A model generated the notes under the pieces. The model had not been told where the DNA came from and did no database searches. It was given only the letters and a program-made list of their open reading frames with translations. From Zygnema circumcarinatum SAG 698-1b (Eukaryota > Plantae > Zygnematophyceae): DNA of 64,000 bases. Made by a program: the position numbers and the translations under genes. Numbering within the stretch: the stretch's first letter is position 1; every line of letters starts with the position of its first letter. Positions 1 to 13,600 of this stretch are shown here, one piece after another. The DNA lies in the NCBI GenBank assembly GCA_037447605.1, contig CM074811.1, forward strand, positions 1,302,001 through 1,366,000. The letters are read 5' to 3'.

Positions 1-1
1 C

Positions 2-202
2 ACAACCCTTGGCGCACAAATTGCAGGCAGCACCTTTACATGATTCCCTACGTTCAGGAAGTTCAGAAGACCGTGTGCATAATCCAGAGCAGGAATCTCC
101 TGTCTTGCAGCCAGCGCATCCTTCCTGCGCATGCTTCTCCCCTACAATATACTCTTGCGCATCATCATCATCTTCCTGAAAGCAGCCAAAACCAGAGCTC
201 AT
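2..202 (-). CDS. Possible first part of a gene running off the window edge (unknown product)
   Basis: Open frame from ATG at 202 (MSSGFGCFQEDDDDAQEY...) to the window start, or from an acceptor TTTCAG. Preceded by a sense-strand GA tract at ~520-560, as other genes here are. No family recognised. Confidence 0.25.
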   Translation of the reverse strand, partial: MSSGFGCFQEDDDDAQEYIVGEKHAQEGCAGCKTGDSCSGLCTRSSELPERRESCKGAACNLCAKGC

Positions 203-1505
203 AGTCTTCAAATTTCCAGCTGCTGCACAGAGTTCAAAATGTTTCCAAATTCTCCTTACTCATCTCCGCAACCAGTACATAATTTCTATAACCAACTTTG
301 AAAGCGCCCGCCCCAACACAGCAGCAAAGCTCAACAAGATAACCGCCCTCTGCCTTTCGAGATCAACATGAAATCCTTGTCTCGAAACATAAATACCAGC
401 GTCCGCAACGTCCTTCTACGTGGTACATTTCCGTGCTATTCGCTTTCTACCGTCCTCAAGTCGCAGGCAGTGCAACCTGAACTAAAGCTCTTGTTCAGTC
501 TTCTGACTGAGAACTTCCACCTCCCTCCCTCCCTCCCTCCCTCGCTCTCTCTCTCGCTCTGCTGCATGTGATAAGGCTTTAGAAAGTCCCCTCTTTCCTT
601 CCTTCTGTGGGGCATTTCCTCTCCTGCCGGAGCTGGCGGTAGAGAGAGTCGTTTGGGAAGGTGCTGTTGAATTGGAAGACTGTGGACTCTGCCTACTGGC
701 GCTCTGGCCTTTTCAAAGAACTAATGACGACTCCGCTCCACATGTCGTGCTATCGTGATTTCAAGTAATTTCTTTCTTCCTCTCTCAGTTTTACGGGATG
801 ATGCCAGTGGACCACCGCATTGTGTCAAATGTGGTCATCAAAGAAGGACTAGCCTGATTGCAGACGCAATCTCAATTATGTGCCTGTGAGGTACGAGAAA
901 GTATTTAGCGATTGAAAAGCATCACCTTCCAGACAAAGCACATCCTTTTGTTTTTTATGTGAGCTTTCGATAGGTAGAATTGCCAAGCCGACCGCATGAT
1001 GACCCGAATTCCACTTCCGAAAGAAAAAATTCGTATACTGGGCTGCGCGCTAGCTTTGTGCTTTGAATACACAACAATTCCCCAGACACATTGTGCGAGA
1101 CAAACAATCTGGTCTCTAGGTGGCCACCTTCTAGTGACTGGTTGGTTTCATTCTTCTTCATTCTGACATGCACTGTGCAATTGCTTACGCTACATTTCCG
1201 CTCCTTCTTTATCAAGGCAACGAGCGCGCTTTGATTGCAAAGGGCAGGGTTATCTGAAGATAGAGTCGCGATAAGGCAGGAGGCTTTCTTGCTATTTTCT
1301 CTGTTTTCCCATTGCCTCCAGTCGTCAAAAGCACTTGCTTATAGGAACAAACAGCCGGGAAATGATTTCATCAAATTATACCGGAAACTTTTGATCTTGC
1401 AATGTATGTGAATTTCGCCAAATCCATTTTGTCCATGTGAATCGTGTACACGATTTCTGTATTCAGTAAAACTGATCATGTGTAGGGGATCACGTTTACC
1501 CCTGA

Positions 1506-3940
1506 ATGTGTAGGGCGTGGATTAAGAAACGGCGACGAGCTCTGTTAGTGACAGCGGGCGTTGTGGGGGTGGGTATCGGAACATATTATCTTGTAAAGAA
1601 CTATTCCGCGGCATTGGAGTATGAGAAAAAGCGGCAACAGCGACAAGTGGCGGATGAAAGAGCAGAAGCCCAGTGAGTTTTTCACCATTAGTGAGACAAC
1701 ACACATATCGCTAATGTTTGCCTGTACCTCAATGGAAATCCTTTTTGTAGTTATCATAGTTGTGGGATCCTCTGTGAAAGGGTGAAGATGATGTATCTCA
1801 AGCAGTTGCCCTTGCTCTATCTCTAATGACGCCCTGATAACCCTTAACGCACAGAGATGTGTTGAGGAGACAATATTTCTCCAACTATGGTTCATGCTGA
1901 GAAGACTTTTTATTGGCTGCTGGGGGTGGGATACGTAGACTGCAGAGCCATTTCGAAAGCGTGCAGAAGATTTCTGACTTGACTACCCTTCCTTCAGTGC
2001 TACCACATCTCAAGTCACGTCTATTTGAAGCAGTTGACTTGTCAAGCCTTACAGAGAAGCTTATGGCAGGGAAGCATCCACAGCAACCGCTGACGCCAAC
2101 TGAAAAAATGCAAATCTGGCAAGACCTTAAAGAGCTAAGTGAGTATGCTGATACTCTTGCATTGGTCAGTTAGTCTGCTTCATTGTCGTATAACAGGCCT
2201 TCCAGTTACGTAGAACGATATCTATGTAGGTCTGTACAATGTTCTTGCTTTCAATGTTTGTAAATGCTGCCATATACCAAATGGTCTCAGTAAACCCTTA
2301 GTCAATGTGCTTGTTCACGTGCTCCTGGGCCAATTTTGGTGACAAGTCAGACGGTAATTTCTTAGTCTGACCAGCACTGTGGGGCTATGGGATACAGGTT
2401 TCACCCGAACTTTCTGTGCTATGTGGGGAGTGAGCTTGCTGAATCTCTTTGTCCGGACACAGTTAAACATTTTAGGGCGCAGAGTGTATATTGATACGGC
2501 ACAAACCTCTGCAGCGCAGGCCATGCCTCATAATCACAAGGTGAATGGTGCGATCCTCACTGAGCCTTGGGGCAATTCTGGAGACCTTTGATCAGCATGT
2601 TGTTTAAGCTGCAGTCGTAGATTTCAAGCTGACTTATGCTGGAGGGTAAGAGGGAGAAGGAGTGACTTACTGCTTGAATGGGCTGCAAACAGGTGGGGCA
2701 TAAAGCTCTTACAAAAGGTACCCAGCATAAATTCATTGCTTTTGCGGACTACTTACCACATCGAGGGTTGGATGCACTCATCGCCGACTGCCATGAAGTG
2801 GTACGGGACGTAGTGAACAGGTTGGTGCTTGCTCACTTTTATACTTTAGATAACTTCCGGTTGTTTTCAAAAGAATTTGTCCTCACCATTGTCAGTGACC
2901 AGTGCACTGGTCCTGAAAAAATGTTAGTATTCTAGTACATGGCTCTGAACAAGATTATACCTTTTTTATCTGCTTGTGTGCAACCACGAGTCATCAATTG
3001 TTTAGGGACCATCTATGCTGCACTTCCAGGGCCATGAGCTCCGTAAACTTCTGCGCGTTATAAAATGGCCGTTTTTGTGCAGCTATCTCAGGAAATCTAT
3101 GCACTCTCACCGTGATTATAACATCATTAAATGACCGTCAAGAGTATTGGAGTACTGTGGGGGTGTGGGAGTGATTCTCTCAGGGTAGCAGAAATGATAC
3201 TGATTCGATGGTAGATACTTGTCCTCAACTGTGCAGTAAATCGCTGAAGGAGTTGTACACTTTGGAACAGCTCAGAGACCTTCTGTGCACCATTAGAGAC
3301 GCTTTTGATAGAAAGGGTCCCATGTGGCTCTCATATGTCCTTCCAGAAGACAACACATTGCCAGAGGACCTTGCAGCAGCGTCTTCAGCAGCGGATGCAG
3401 CTCAGAGGCAGGCAGAAAATACAACAGTTGACGAGGAAGAAGACATGCTTAATGACCTCATGGACGAGACAAGGGCCGTCTTGACCAGGTGCGGAACTAC
3501 TACAAAGAGAGTCAGAGTACTGTAATATGTTGATTGAGGTGGAAACTGTAGGAATTGTTGAGTGCGGCAAACTGACATGCCTTTTAGAGGGGTTGAATGA
3601 TAATACGCAGACGCACTCAAGGTTTTGATGTGATATTTTGACTTTTGCTTGCAGTGAGGATTTCCGCTATGTGCTTTCTGTAGCCCTTGACGCAGTGACA
3701 GAGGGAGTTTTGGAGGAGCTAAGGAGTACTTTTGAAGCCCAAGCGGGACGAGGCATTCATTTGGCGAAGCTTCTCCCTCCAATTGCAAGCGTAGGAAGCT
3801 CTCTCCTTGACCTTCCGCAAGACAATCCGTACATCCAGACATTGGGTAACATGCCTGAATTGAAGACCTTTTGTACCAAAGTCTATGCAGATGCCATCAC
3901 AGGCCATGGTAGACAGCCTCAAGGTCTCCTATCCAATTAG
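1506..3940 (+). CDS. PEX3: Peroxin-3 (multi-exon)
   Basis: Exons read (MCR)AWIKKRRRALLVTAGVVGVGIGTYYL (basic + TM N-terminus), LQSHFESVQKISDLTTLP...EKMQIWQDLKELS, FTRTFCAMWGVSLLNLFVRTQLNILGRRVYIDTA and IHLAKLLPPI, matching plant PEX3. Start is uncertain: ATG 1506 or an upstream mini-exon. Confidence 0.88.
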
Positions 3941-4864
3941 TCTCTCATTGTGAAGGTCTTTGTCCCTGTTGTTAATGCATATCAGTGCTAAGGTGGGCTG
4001 TCCCTACTCCTTCAGTAAGCGGTCTTATGTTTCACTACTGGCTCTCTCCCTGTAGCCGAGCTGTCCTCATGCTGAGGATGATAAGGGGTCAGTACTTCCT
4101 CTATTAGTGGGGCGAGGATTTCTGTATTGGCGACTCTTAGTAAGAGGATAGTAGGGAAGGCAGGCTGTGGCGGACAGAGACCAAGTGTATATTGGATTCT
4201 GGAATAAAGGGAAATCGTTGTCCATGAGAGTTGGAAGAGCTTTTTCTGCTCCCTGTCAAAAGCTGCTTTAAGGAATTTGCATAAAGATCTGGGCAGACTA
4301 TTAAATGAACTCAACGATGTCTTTGCCAAAGCTTGAGAGGAGGCAGGAGGACAACCGTCTATTTGGAAGTAGGGCCCACGCCTACTTACAGCTTTATTGG
4401 CTTTAGAAAAAAATATGGTATTATTGCAGCTCAGGTAAGCCAAGGTTAGGGGGGTGACACTGCCAACAAGTCCGTCCTGGTGCTCCGAAACTTTCCCCTC
4501 TCTCTCTTCCTCCCCCCACCACTCCCGCGGTCCACTCACTGTGAGTGTCTGGATACACTGAGGAAGAAGGGTAGAGACAAGAGGAGCAACCTACAACTGT
4601 CTCTACGCTTCCATTTTCTGCCTGCAAAACTGTGGAGATATCGACCTTCCGCGTGAGCACACCTGGAAATTCTCAGTTTGACATTTCAGTGAAGCAGATG
4701 GCTGCTACGGCAGGCAGCAGCCTCTCCTCGACAACTACCTTCGCGACAGGGGCCCTCATTGGGATCGATAGTCTGAGAAATATAAAGCCCCTGTTACAGG
4801 AAGCGTCATCTGTACACCAAATGAAATGCGCCGTGCGTGCACTTATTAAAAAGGTTAAAAGGGT

Positions 4865-7800
4865 TCAATCTGCACTGCTGTCTCCCACTGCTTTTCGGGC
4901 CCGTTTTGAGCCAGGAAGGGAGTCTTCTGGTCCGGTTTCATCTGTGGGAGGGGGTTTGGGAGAAATAGAGGTGAGGTAGCGGAGGAGGTAGAGGTTGCTA
5001 GTAGACGACTGCGCCAAGTCTTCATGCAGCCGTGTAAGGCCTTTCTGAAGGGCTCTCATGGCAGGCAAGAGCTGCTTTGAGCCCTGCGCTTGCAGCAATT
5101 TTCCGTGTGCCACACAAATCTCCTGAATACAACAAAAAAAGAAATCCGTAAGCACCCAAACTTTGGCAATGCTCTGCTCACATTCGACTTAAATAAAAAT
5201 TTGTGACCTTCGGGCCGTATTCCGCTGATGTTAGTCTAGAAAAGAAAAACCTTCCAATGGCGACTGCCACGTACACAAAACCAATCATACACAATCTATT
5301 CTGCAGACATGGCGAGCCATCATCGGCAAAGTCATGGAACTCAACTAAACTAAACCATCAATGGAGTTCAGCCTTTACCTGAATCCAATGTAAAACGAAC
5401 TCCAAATGGGGAGAGTGCTCCAAGTAGTGCGCGAGAGCAGAGAGAAGGGGACCTAATCGGGAGCTTGGGACAGTCGCCGCCACAGTCTTGATGTCAGAGG
5501 GAGGTACGGCCTCCACAGCTTTTCTTAAAAGGAGGGGCTCATTCAGCCGCAATGCGAGAAGGAGAGCCATGCTGAAACGCCGAGCTTTCAAAGCCTCTTC
5601 TAATGTCTGCTCATACCTCCAGTAAGGAGTCTTAGATTAGGCTTTACCGACATGGTCTTTGACCAGCTTCGAAGAAAAACCATCAAAGCATAGGCACATG
5701 TTTGCGACGAGGATATCTAGAGGAGTAGATTGAAGATATCTGAACAGCTTTGTTTCAGAGTCTTGTGAAGGAGCAAGATTGTTTCATTGCAACATTAGCA
5801 GGTTGCATGCTTCCAGTACTCACCTCCGGAGTGACATCCACATCAAGGTCTGTAGGATCGAAGACAAGCCCATCATCCAAGGAGTACAGAAGCACTCCCT
5901 CTGTGGTAGCGGCAGCCCAGCAATGGCCAGTGGGAGATATACGAATGGCCTTTGTCCGAGCCACAGGGCGGCCTCTATTAGCCACAGCACCTGGAAGACC
6001 CATGCCCTTATTGGGCAGAATTTGGCCAGTATTTTCGTCATCACTATCATTCAAGTCTAGTAGATCCAAGGGGCCTGCATCAGTCATGTGCTTGCTGTTC
6101 AGCATATCCAGCACACCATCAAACGATTTGTTGGAGGTGATTTCAAACTTCCGCAAGAGAACCTGATAAACCCCACTTGCAAAAACGTAGTGAGAAGCAG
6201 AGGGAAAGTGAGCTAGGTAAACGAGTTCATAGAATTCACTGGCCAGTTTTTAAGCAGGGACGACTGGGGACAAGACCTACTTCAAACCCTCTTGCAGGAG
6301 GCAAACAAGCGAATGAAGAATAACCCACCTTTTCTCCCACATCGTAGCAGCAGATGAATTTGCTAGTGCCGGCCGCAAGCAGATATGAACCATCGGCTGA
6401 ATAACAAAGGCTGTTAAAGCACTTTCCAGAACTCTTGTTTGCAGCTGTCTGCCGATCACCTGCAAGACGTCCCCCAGCAATGTCCTTTCTGCCTTCTATG
6501 AAACCCTGAAGCTCTGCTTCCAAAGGATCCCACAAATATATGTTTCCATCCAGCGTAGCACTCGCCAATTGGCGACCATCCGGCTTATAAGCGACTGCCA
6601 ACACATCATGTGTATGTTGAAGGACCTCCACTCCACCCTTGCCTTCAAATACATTCCAGATGCGCACTGTAGTATCCCATGAAGCTGACGCAAGTGTTTC
6701 CTGTTGCATAGTAATAGGATGGACACAAAACAGTAGAGATTAAGGAGGTGAGACATCATGGAGCAATGGTAAGACTAAGGCTGCCAAGTGACCTTCAAAG
6801 GAAAGATGTAATTAGTAACATGTAATTTGCAAAGAAATAGCGAGAAATTCAAGAGGAGGACAGTGCAGCATTGCACAGCTCCTAGCCATGAAGGAACTAG
6901 AAATCCCACCTGTGTAGGTGAGAAAGCTATACCCGGCACTGGACCCTCATGACCGCTCAGGATATCCAGCAATCGCCCCGTTTTTATAGACCAGACAAAT
7001 ATCTGCAGCCCAACAAAAGTGTTGCTGTTACTGGAGACTGCATCAGCACTTCACATTCAACTTCTTGAAGCGGCAGCTACGTCGTCTGGACCACCAGCTT
7101 CACAATCTATCCTTAAGAGCAACTTCACGAATCCTAAAGAATGCACAAAACCCATTTGTTCGAAATATGCCGTTCACACTAGACGAGCCAACTCTCATGA
7201 TACCTGATGCCTGCAACATTAAGAACCGGAACCTTACGCAAGCAGCTGCTCATCCGCACCGCCATCACTCACCTGGAAAGTGTCAAGAGATGCAGCGCAT
7301 ACAATATCGCCCGCAGGGTGCACCGCCAACGCTGCAAGTTGGGTGGGCTCTGGAGAAGTGAATGTGCGGAAGTTGCGGTAGCGAAGGAGGTCCCATGCAC
7401 GCACAGTGCCATCTAAAGAGGCACTGAGGACAGCACCACTATTTGGGAGAAACTGGACACCCGTGATGGGCATAGTGTGCTCACTCAGAGTAACAAAACA
7501 AAACCCTGAGTTCACATTCCATACCTGTAAGCCAAATACTTAAAGAGTCAGGCAATGGTTCTTGCTTCAATGCAGGCTGCCTTTTTCAAATCGACGACTA
7601 CCCAGTATATGCATATCACAGTAGTCTTTTTTTACTTTCAACAATGCAGGGAACTTAAAGATTAGGTGATAGTGTGGGACCAAGCCTATGTTGAGACAAT
7701 GAGTAAAAAACTGAATAGAAGCCATGAAACTCAAATTGTGCTCATACTTCAGTCGCTGGTGCGAGAAAGAGCTCCTTGTAAGCCAGAAGCATACTTATTA

Positions 7801-9686
7801 GAATATATCCAGAAAATGGATTTTTCCTCTGAAGAAGAAGCTAAGGCGAGAGAGAAAAGATGAAGGAAAAAACCTGCACTTACTGTAGATTATTAAGCTG
7901 CTATTAGCCTTGCAATTCAAAATCAGAATTGGTTCAGACTGTCCTCATACCGGGCAGAATATGCTGACTTCGAATTCTCTGGTGAGAAAAAGACTGGCTA
8001 GTATAAAATTATTTTCGTAGAAATCTAATTTCTCCTTAAGAATCATCTCAAACTCAGGGAATGACTTTTAAAAGACCTACTCCTACTATCGACCCGGCAA
8101 TGTCCTTTTGTCTTCAAGCACTGGTCTACCAACTAGTCCTTAAATAATCCGACAGTCTTATTCACTTCTCTGTGATAAGTGCTTTTAATCTTCTTGACAT
8201 GATTCCAAGAAATTTCTACCTTCACAAGGGTGGAATTCCCACTGGGCAACAGTGCTTTGATAATTCATAAAGTCCACACGTCAACAGGTCAATGCTCCCG
8301 TATTCTTCGCGTTACTATCTACTATCTGTACTTACTTACATCACTCAATACAAAATTTTCAAAGCGATTACCCTACTTTTCCCCGCTTCCAAGTTGCCAG
8401 ACTCCCCATACCAACACTTCATTGGAACACAGTATGTTCGCTACTTCAATTCAGAACTTCTCACTCACCTTGAGCTTATTGTCATCTGCACCGGTCGCTA
8501 GCAAGCTGCCGTCTCCTGAAAACGCTAATGAGTTCACATCAAAGAAATGGCCCTGCTGCTTCAAAACGTAGGTCTCTGACCTCCACTCCCAAACCAGCAG
8601 CTGACTTAACTTGGCGCACCCAAACGCTATCCAATCTCCTGTCTCATTGAACTGCACGGTAGTGATCTTTTGTCTAGAGATTGAAAGAAGGTGAATAGGT
8701 GTGAATTCTGGCATTTGATAGAGGCCAAAAACGCCTGACGAAAATCCTGCTACTACGAGCTTTAGCTTTGGGTGGTAATCTACTGAAGACAATTTTGCGC
8801 CCGCCTGCAAGAAAAGATGTTTTTTTTCTAGCTTCCATTTTCCCATGTCTAATCGAACAAAGTTCTCCTCTTCGTACACGGCCTTTTTTCCCATGCCCAT
8901 AAGCTTCTGCTCCCCTTCATCCTCCTCATCCGCAGAAAGGTTTTTGTCTCCCTTAAACCCTATTTTGGATCCTGCAATCTCCTCGGAATCCGAATTTGGA
9001 ACAAACTTCCAAACAAACAGAGCGCCATCTTTGGAAAGACTGTACACTCCATACCCGGGATCTTTATCATCTTTGTTTTCTGCACTTCCAGAGGGTAAAG
9101 TGCTGTAAAAGTACGCCGCAACCACAGCATCCCGATGCCCTGTTAAGGTTACAGGCTTGTAAGCCTTCAGTTCATGAAATGAGAAAAATTTGACGCTCAA
9201 ATCCTTGCCTCCTGCAAGTATCCACTGTCCATCAGGGCTCCAGCCCACACATGTGACTGAATCATAGCAGCCTGCATAAGTCCGGTGCAACGCAAAGGGA
9301 GCAAATGTTTTCTGCACTCCGGGCGTCTTCCAAACCTGCACAAGCTTTCCGACTCCAGCTGCAAAGTACCTCCCTGAAGGGCTGAACTCCAGCGCCCCTA
9401 CGGGCCCCTTGAAAGCGAAGCGATGCAGCACTACCTGGCGCGGCACATTGACAAGGAGCGCCCTTCCGTTGTCGTCCACTGCAAGCAGCAGCACTCCGTC
9501 CGGCGAGAGAGCGAGCCGAGCGAGGTTTGCGGAGGCTTCGAAGGGCAGCGTGAGCGAGGAGGAGAGCGCGAGGTCGGTGATGGTCACACGCGCAGCGGAC
9601 GCGCAGAAGAGCTGCGTGCCGCCCCGCAGCAACACGTTGCCGCCGCGATAGGGCGCACCCAGCACGCTGCGCAGCGCGAACTGCAT
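4865..9686 (-). CDS. PWP2: Periodic tryptophan protein 2 / UTP1 (WD40, SSU processome), ~7 exons
   Basis: N-terminus ..LGAPYRGGN, QLLVWEWRSETYVLKQQGH, ASLDGTVRAWDLLRYRNFRTFT, IEGRKDIAGGR, FDPTDLDVDVTPE, and C-terminal Utp12-type SPHLEFVLHW and NLYLLRYL. Confidence 0.95.
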
Positions 9687-9893
9687 CTCCCTCCCCCTCC
9701 CCCCTCCTCTCCTCGCCTCTCTCCCTTCCCTTCCCTCTCCCTCCTCCTGCCTCTCCCCTTCCCTCTCTCCTTCCCCCTCCTCTCCCTCTCCTTCTCCCTC
9801 TCCTTCTCCCTCTCCCCCTCCCTCCCTCCCTCCCCCTTCTCCCCCTCTCCCTCCCCTCTCCCTCCCCTCTCCCTCCCCTCTCCCTCCCCCTCC
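9687..9893. repeat. C/T tract (G/A on the PWP2 sense strand) abutting the PWP2 start codon
   Basis: ~200 bp of almost pure C/T on +, ending directly at the CAT of the PWP2 start. Confidence 0.9.
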
Positions 9894-10669
9894 GCCGCCG
9901 CAGCAGCGCAGCAGGCAGCGGCGGGAGGCGGAGGGGACGTGACGGGACAGCGGGAGCCGGGCTAGCGCCCGCGTGTTGCAGCGCGCGCATGGGATGGATG
10001 CTCATGACCAACATGAAACATTGTACAGTGCATACGGAACATTGTACATTGTACATTGCACATTGCACCAAAAACATTGCATACTAGGGATTAGACATCG
10101 GAGTGTCGTAGGCTTGGCATCGAGCATAAGGGCTGCTCAATCTTGAAACTGAGCTTGAAACTAGAACAGGCTTTCCGTCAAGTAGCTTTTCCAACTAATG
10201 CTTCCTCTTTCTCCTTCTTCCAATCTTCTCAACATTGGTAATCCCTAATCAGTTTTGTTCCTGAAATCCTCCAAAGATAATCTGGTGGCCAGAATAACCA
10301 GAATCAAACTAAACTTGCCCACTGCCCATTGCCCACCTCATGAAATGCCATGTTTTGGGCGTCTAGTAGCCCCAATAACAGCGCTAGCAGCGGCATCGAG
10401 CCGTTGGCACGCGCGCGCTCCAAAAGGGGACCTTGGCAAGGACGTCCCGCCACGTGGCGGCCGCGGGGAGGGAAGGAGAGAGAGGTCGTCCTGAGGGGTG
10501 CGTGCCCGCCCTCGGCCGCCATGGCTGCCCGCACTGCAGGGGGGCCGTGAAGCTCGCCCGCCGCAGCTCCTCCTCCACCCCCTGCTCTGCGCCGGCAAGG
10601 CCTTCAGGGTTTTTTCTCTGCTGCTTGTGGAGTGCCTGGGTCCTTGAGAGGCGGCCGCGTGGCAGAAGG

Positions 10670-13600
10670 ATGCAGCCTGGGAGAGCCGCCCAGCCGGGCG
10701 GACCCGGTCAGCCCCCTCCAGCATTCACCGGATTCGTACCTGCAGGTTTACATCTCTCCGTTTTCGTCCCTTGAGTCATTTGAACGTATGATTAGCTGTA
10801 GGAGTTGGGAGAGGAAGGGGCTCGGTAGAGTGGCCTCTCTGCTTGCGAAGGTCTATGCGACACCAAAGAAAACCACAGCGCAGCGGGCGGAATGAGAAGC
10901 TGTTTCATATTTATCATGCATCTCAAGATCGAGAAGGCTTAACATGATAAGTGAGGGAAGATTTGAGTGTACTACGTTTAGGGTTTCAGTACATGTCCAG
11001 AAATTGGGCCCGCTGATGTAATCTACCGACAAAGAAGGAGCTGCTGGTATCAACTTATCTTAAAGAGCTTCTTTCACAGTGTTGATCAAAGTTAAACAGA
11101 AAGATTTGGATGGCACAGCGCAGATTTGCTTTGATTGGAATCACAGCCATTTTTAACAGCTCTCCTCTCTCAATTTGCATGAAGCTCATCGTGTTTGGTG
11201 TTTGAGATAATGAATATTCTTATTGTTTGTTAGAATCTCGTAAGGTTCTTCTCTGTTGCTATAAAATCAGAGGAGATCCTCTCATATTTTGCGATCGGTA
11301 GCACCTGTAGTTGGTTGAAACTGATTTTAGGAGGCTGTCGTAGTAGACATGATGCATTGCCAACGCTCTTTCCCTCAAAGGGCTCCAGGTAGGGTGTTCA
11401 ATTTTCCTAATCAGGCAAGAAGAAACCAAGCACCAGTGCCATCTACGCTCCTCCATATTCGTGTAGTATTCCCCTTTCACTGCATGCATCTCCATTAAAC
11501 ACCGTTTAACAGCCAAATAGGTTTCTATGCCAAACTGGCTAGGTTTTTAGAACCTTCTAGTCAGTTCGAACTTGAGCTTGGCATTTCTGACGCTTCCGCC
11601 TTTAACACTATTACCGACTTCAGATATTGTAGGAAGAAATGCATCGTATGGCAGATTTGTCAAGTCCTTAAAACATTTATGCTCAACAGAACGTATATTT
11701 CCTGCATCATATATTTCCAGCATAATCTTCTATTCATTCACTTCTTATTCTTCAGTGCTTCTTGATCACGCTTTCTTCATCGTGTACTATCTCACAGTTC
11801 AATGTTCAAGTTGTGCCGCTTGGTGTCTCTGCAAAGAACCACAAGGAACCTGCCTATTTCTTTGATCCCTGCATGCTCTCAGTCGTGTTGTACCTATGTG
11901 CCCTTATCTCTGCAGGTGCTCCTCATGGTGTCGCACCTCAACCTGGAGTCCCAGTAGGTCCACAGCCTGTGCGGCCACCTGCACAGGGCCCTCCCACGCC
12001 TTTTCAGAACCGGCCTGGAATTGGTCCTGGAATTGGTCCTGGAATTGGAGCACCACAGATCAGACCCCATCCTGCCAATGCATTTGGGCGTCCTACAGGT
12101 CCCCCTCCCGGAATGAGAGGAGGGCCTCTCGCTGGCCCACCGGGACCCCCTCCCGGAGTTCGTGGTCCGGCCGGCGGTATGCCTATTTCTGCTGCTCCCA
12201 AAGGGCCCTCTCCTCATGTCCCTGGGGGAGTTTCTATGGCGACTCCTAGCAGGCCTCTCTTTCCGACTGGTGTGCAGTCTGCTAGCCCAGTGCCTATGGG
12301 GCCTCCAACTACACAAAGTTCTGCTGTATCATTATCAGGTGCATCCCCACCGCTTGCAGCACCACAACCAACTGCTCCTCGACCAATGGTAGGGCCTCCC
12401 ACTGTGGGACAGGTCATCAACCCTTCTCCGGCGATAGGCCAGCCATCGCCTGCTCTTGGGCCTCCTCCTACTTTCTCTGCTCCCCCTCCTCCTTCCTTTG
12501 GACTACCAAAGAGTTCACCCCCAGTCCCACCACCCGTTATGGCTGCTTCTGCACCTACCCCTGCACCCACTATGGGAACAATGCTGCCGCCTCCCCTTGG
12601 AGCTGCCCCTCCAACTTTCATGCCAGCAGCACCTGGCACACAATATGCATCACAATTCGGAGCACCTCCTCCATTCACGGACGGAATAGGGCAGCTTCCT
12701 GCACCTGTTGCTCAGCCTCCCCTTGGCCAAGACCCTTTAGGGTTCAAGGCTCCTGCTCCTCCCCCTTCGTTCAATGCTGGGCCTGGCAGGCAGCGTCCCC
12801 CCTTTGCATATCCACCTGCTACTCCACCTTTGGCTGCTGTACCGCCTCCAACAGCTGCCTCCCCTGCTGATGGGTATGCAGCCGCTGGTTACGCATATGC
12901 CGGATCACAATTAGCGGAGGAATTCCAGTCTTTGACCATTCAGCAAGCTCCGGGTTCATTGGATGGGGGCTTAGACCCCAACACTCTCCCTCGTCCTATC
13001 GTCTCTCCTGACACTCCACAGATCACCGGTCCTGCAAATGCACACCCTCGTTATGTGCGATTGACGACAAACGTGATGCCTAATGCTCAGTCTCTACGAA
13101 GCCGTTGGCATCTACCTCTTGGTGCTGTGGTTCATCCTTTGGCAGAACCTCCCCCTGGGGTACGTGAAAGAGCAGCCTCTCCTGTTTCTATGGGGGAAGG
13201 GGGGACGGGCGAAGCATGGAGGAAGCTGCAAAGGGGGGGGTTCAGGGTAGACATTTTATCTCTTGTTCAGTGCGGTTGGTCAAATCAGAAAGATTAACGT
13301 TTCTTTCATTCATGGGACTGCATATCTGAGGACATCTTGCTCAGTCGAGAGAAATTGCCCGTAGATGTTGTGAAGTCCTTGAGGTGGTCCTTTAAAGGAA
13401 TGTTTTGTCAGCAGTCTGGGTCAGCCATGTTAGTTGCCAAAAGACGAGTTCTTTTATGCGCCATGCTGTGCTTATCACGATTGTGCTTTCGTAAAAGCTG
13501 GTAGCAGTATGGATAGGTCTTTAGGTTCCGTCTTTTAAGCTATTGGTAGTCTCCTAGAGGGCGACAGTGTTAAAAGCAGTGGTCAGAGTGTCAAAATGTA

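Noticed and set aside
4012-4660. ORFs between PEX3 and PWP2
   Set aside because: No homology recognised; most likely 3' UTR or intergenic sequence.
9262-10077. Arg/Gly-rich and Pro/Ser/Leu-rich ORFs over the 5' tracts (also 25775-26124, 39134-39813)
   Set aside because: Low-complexity translations of GA/CT tracts with no family similarity.
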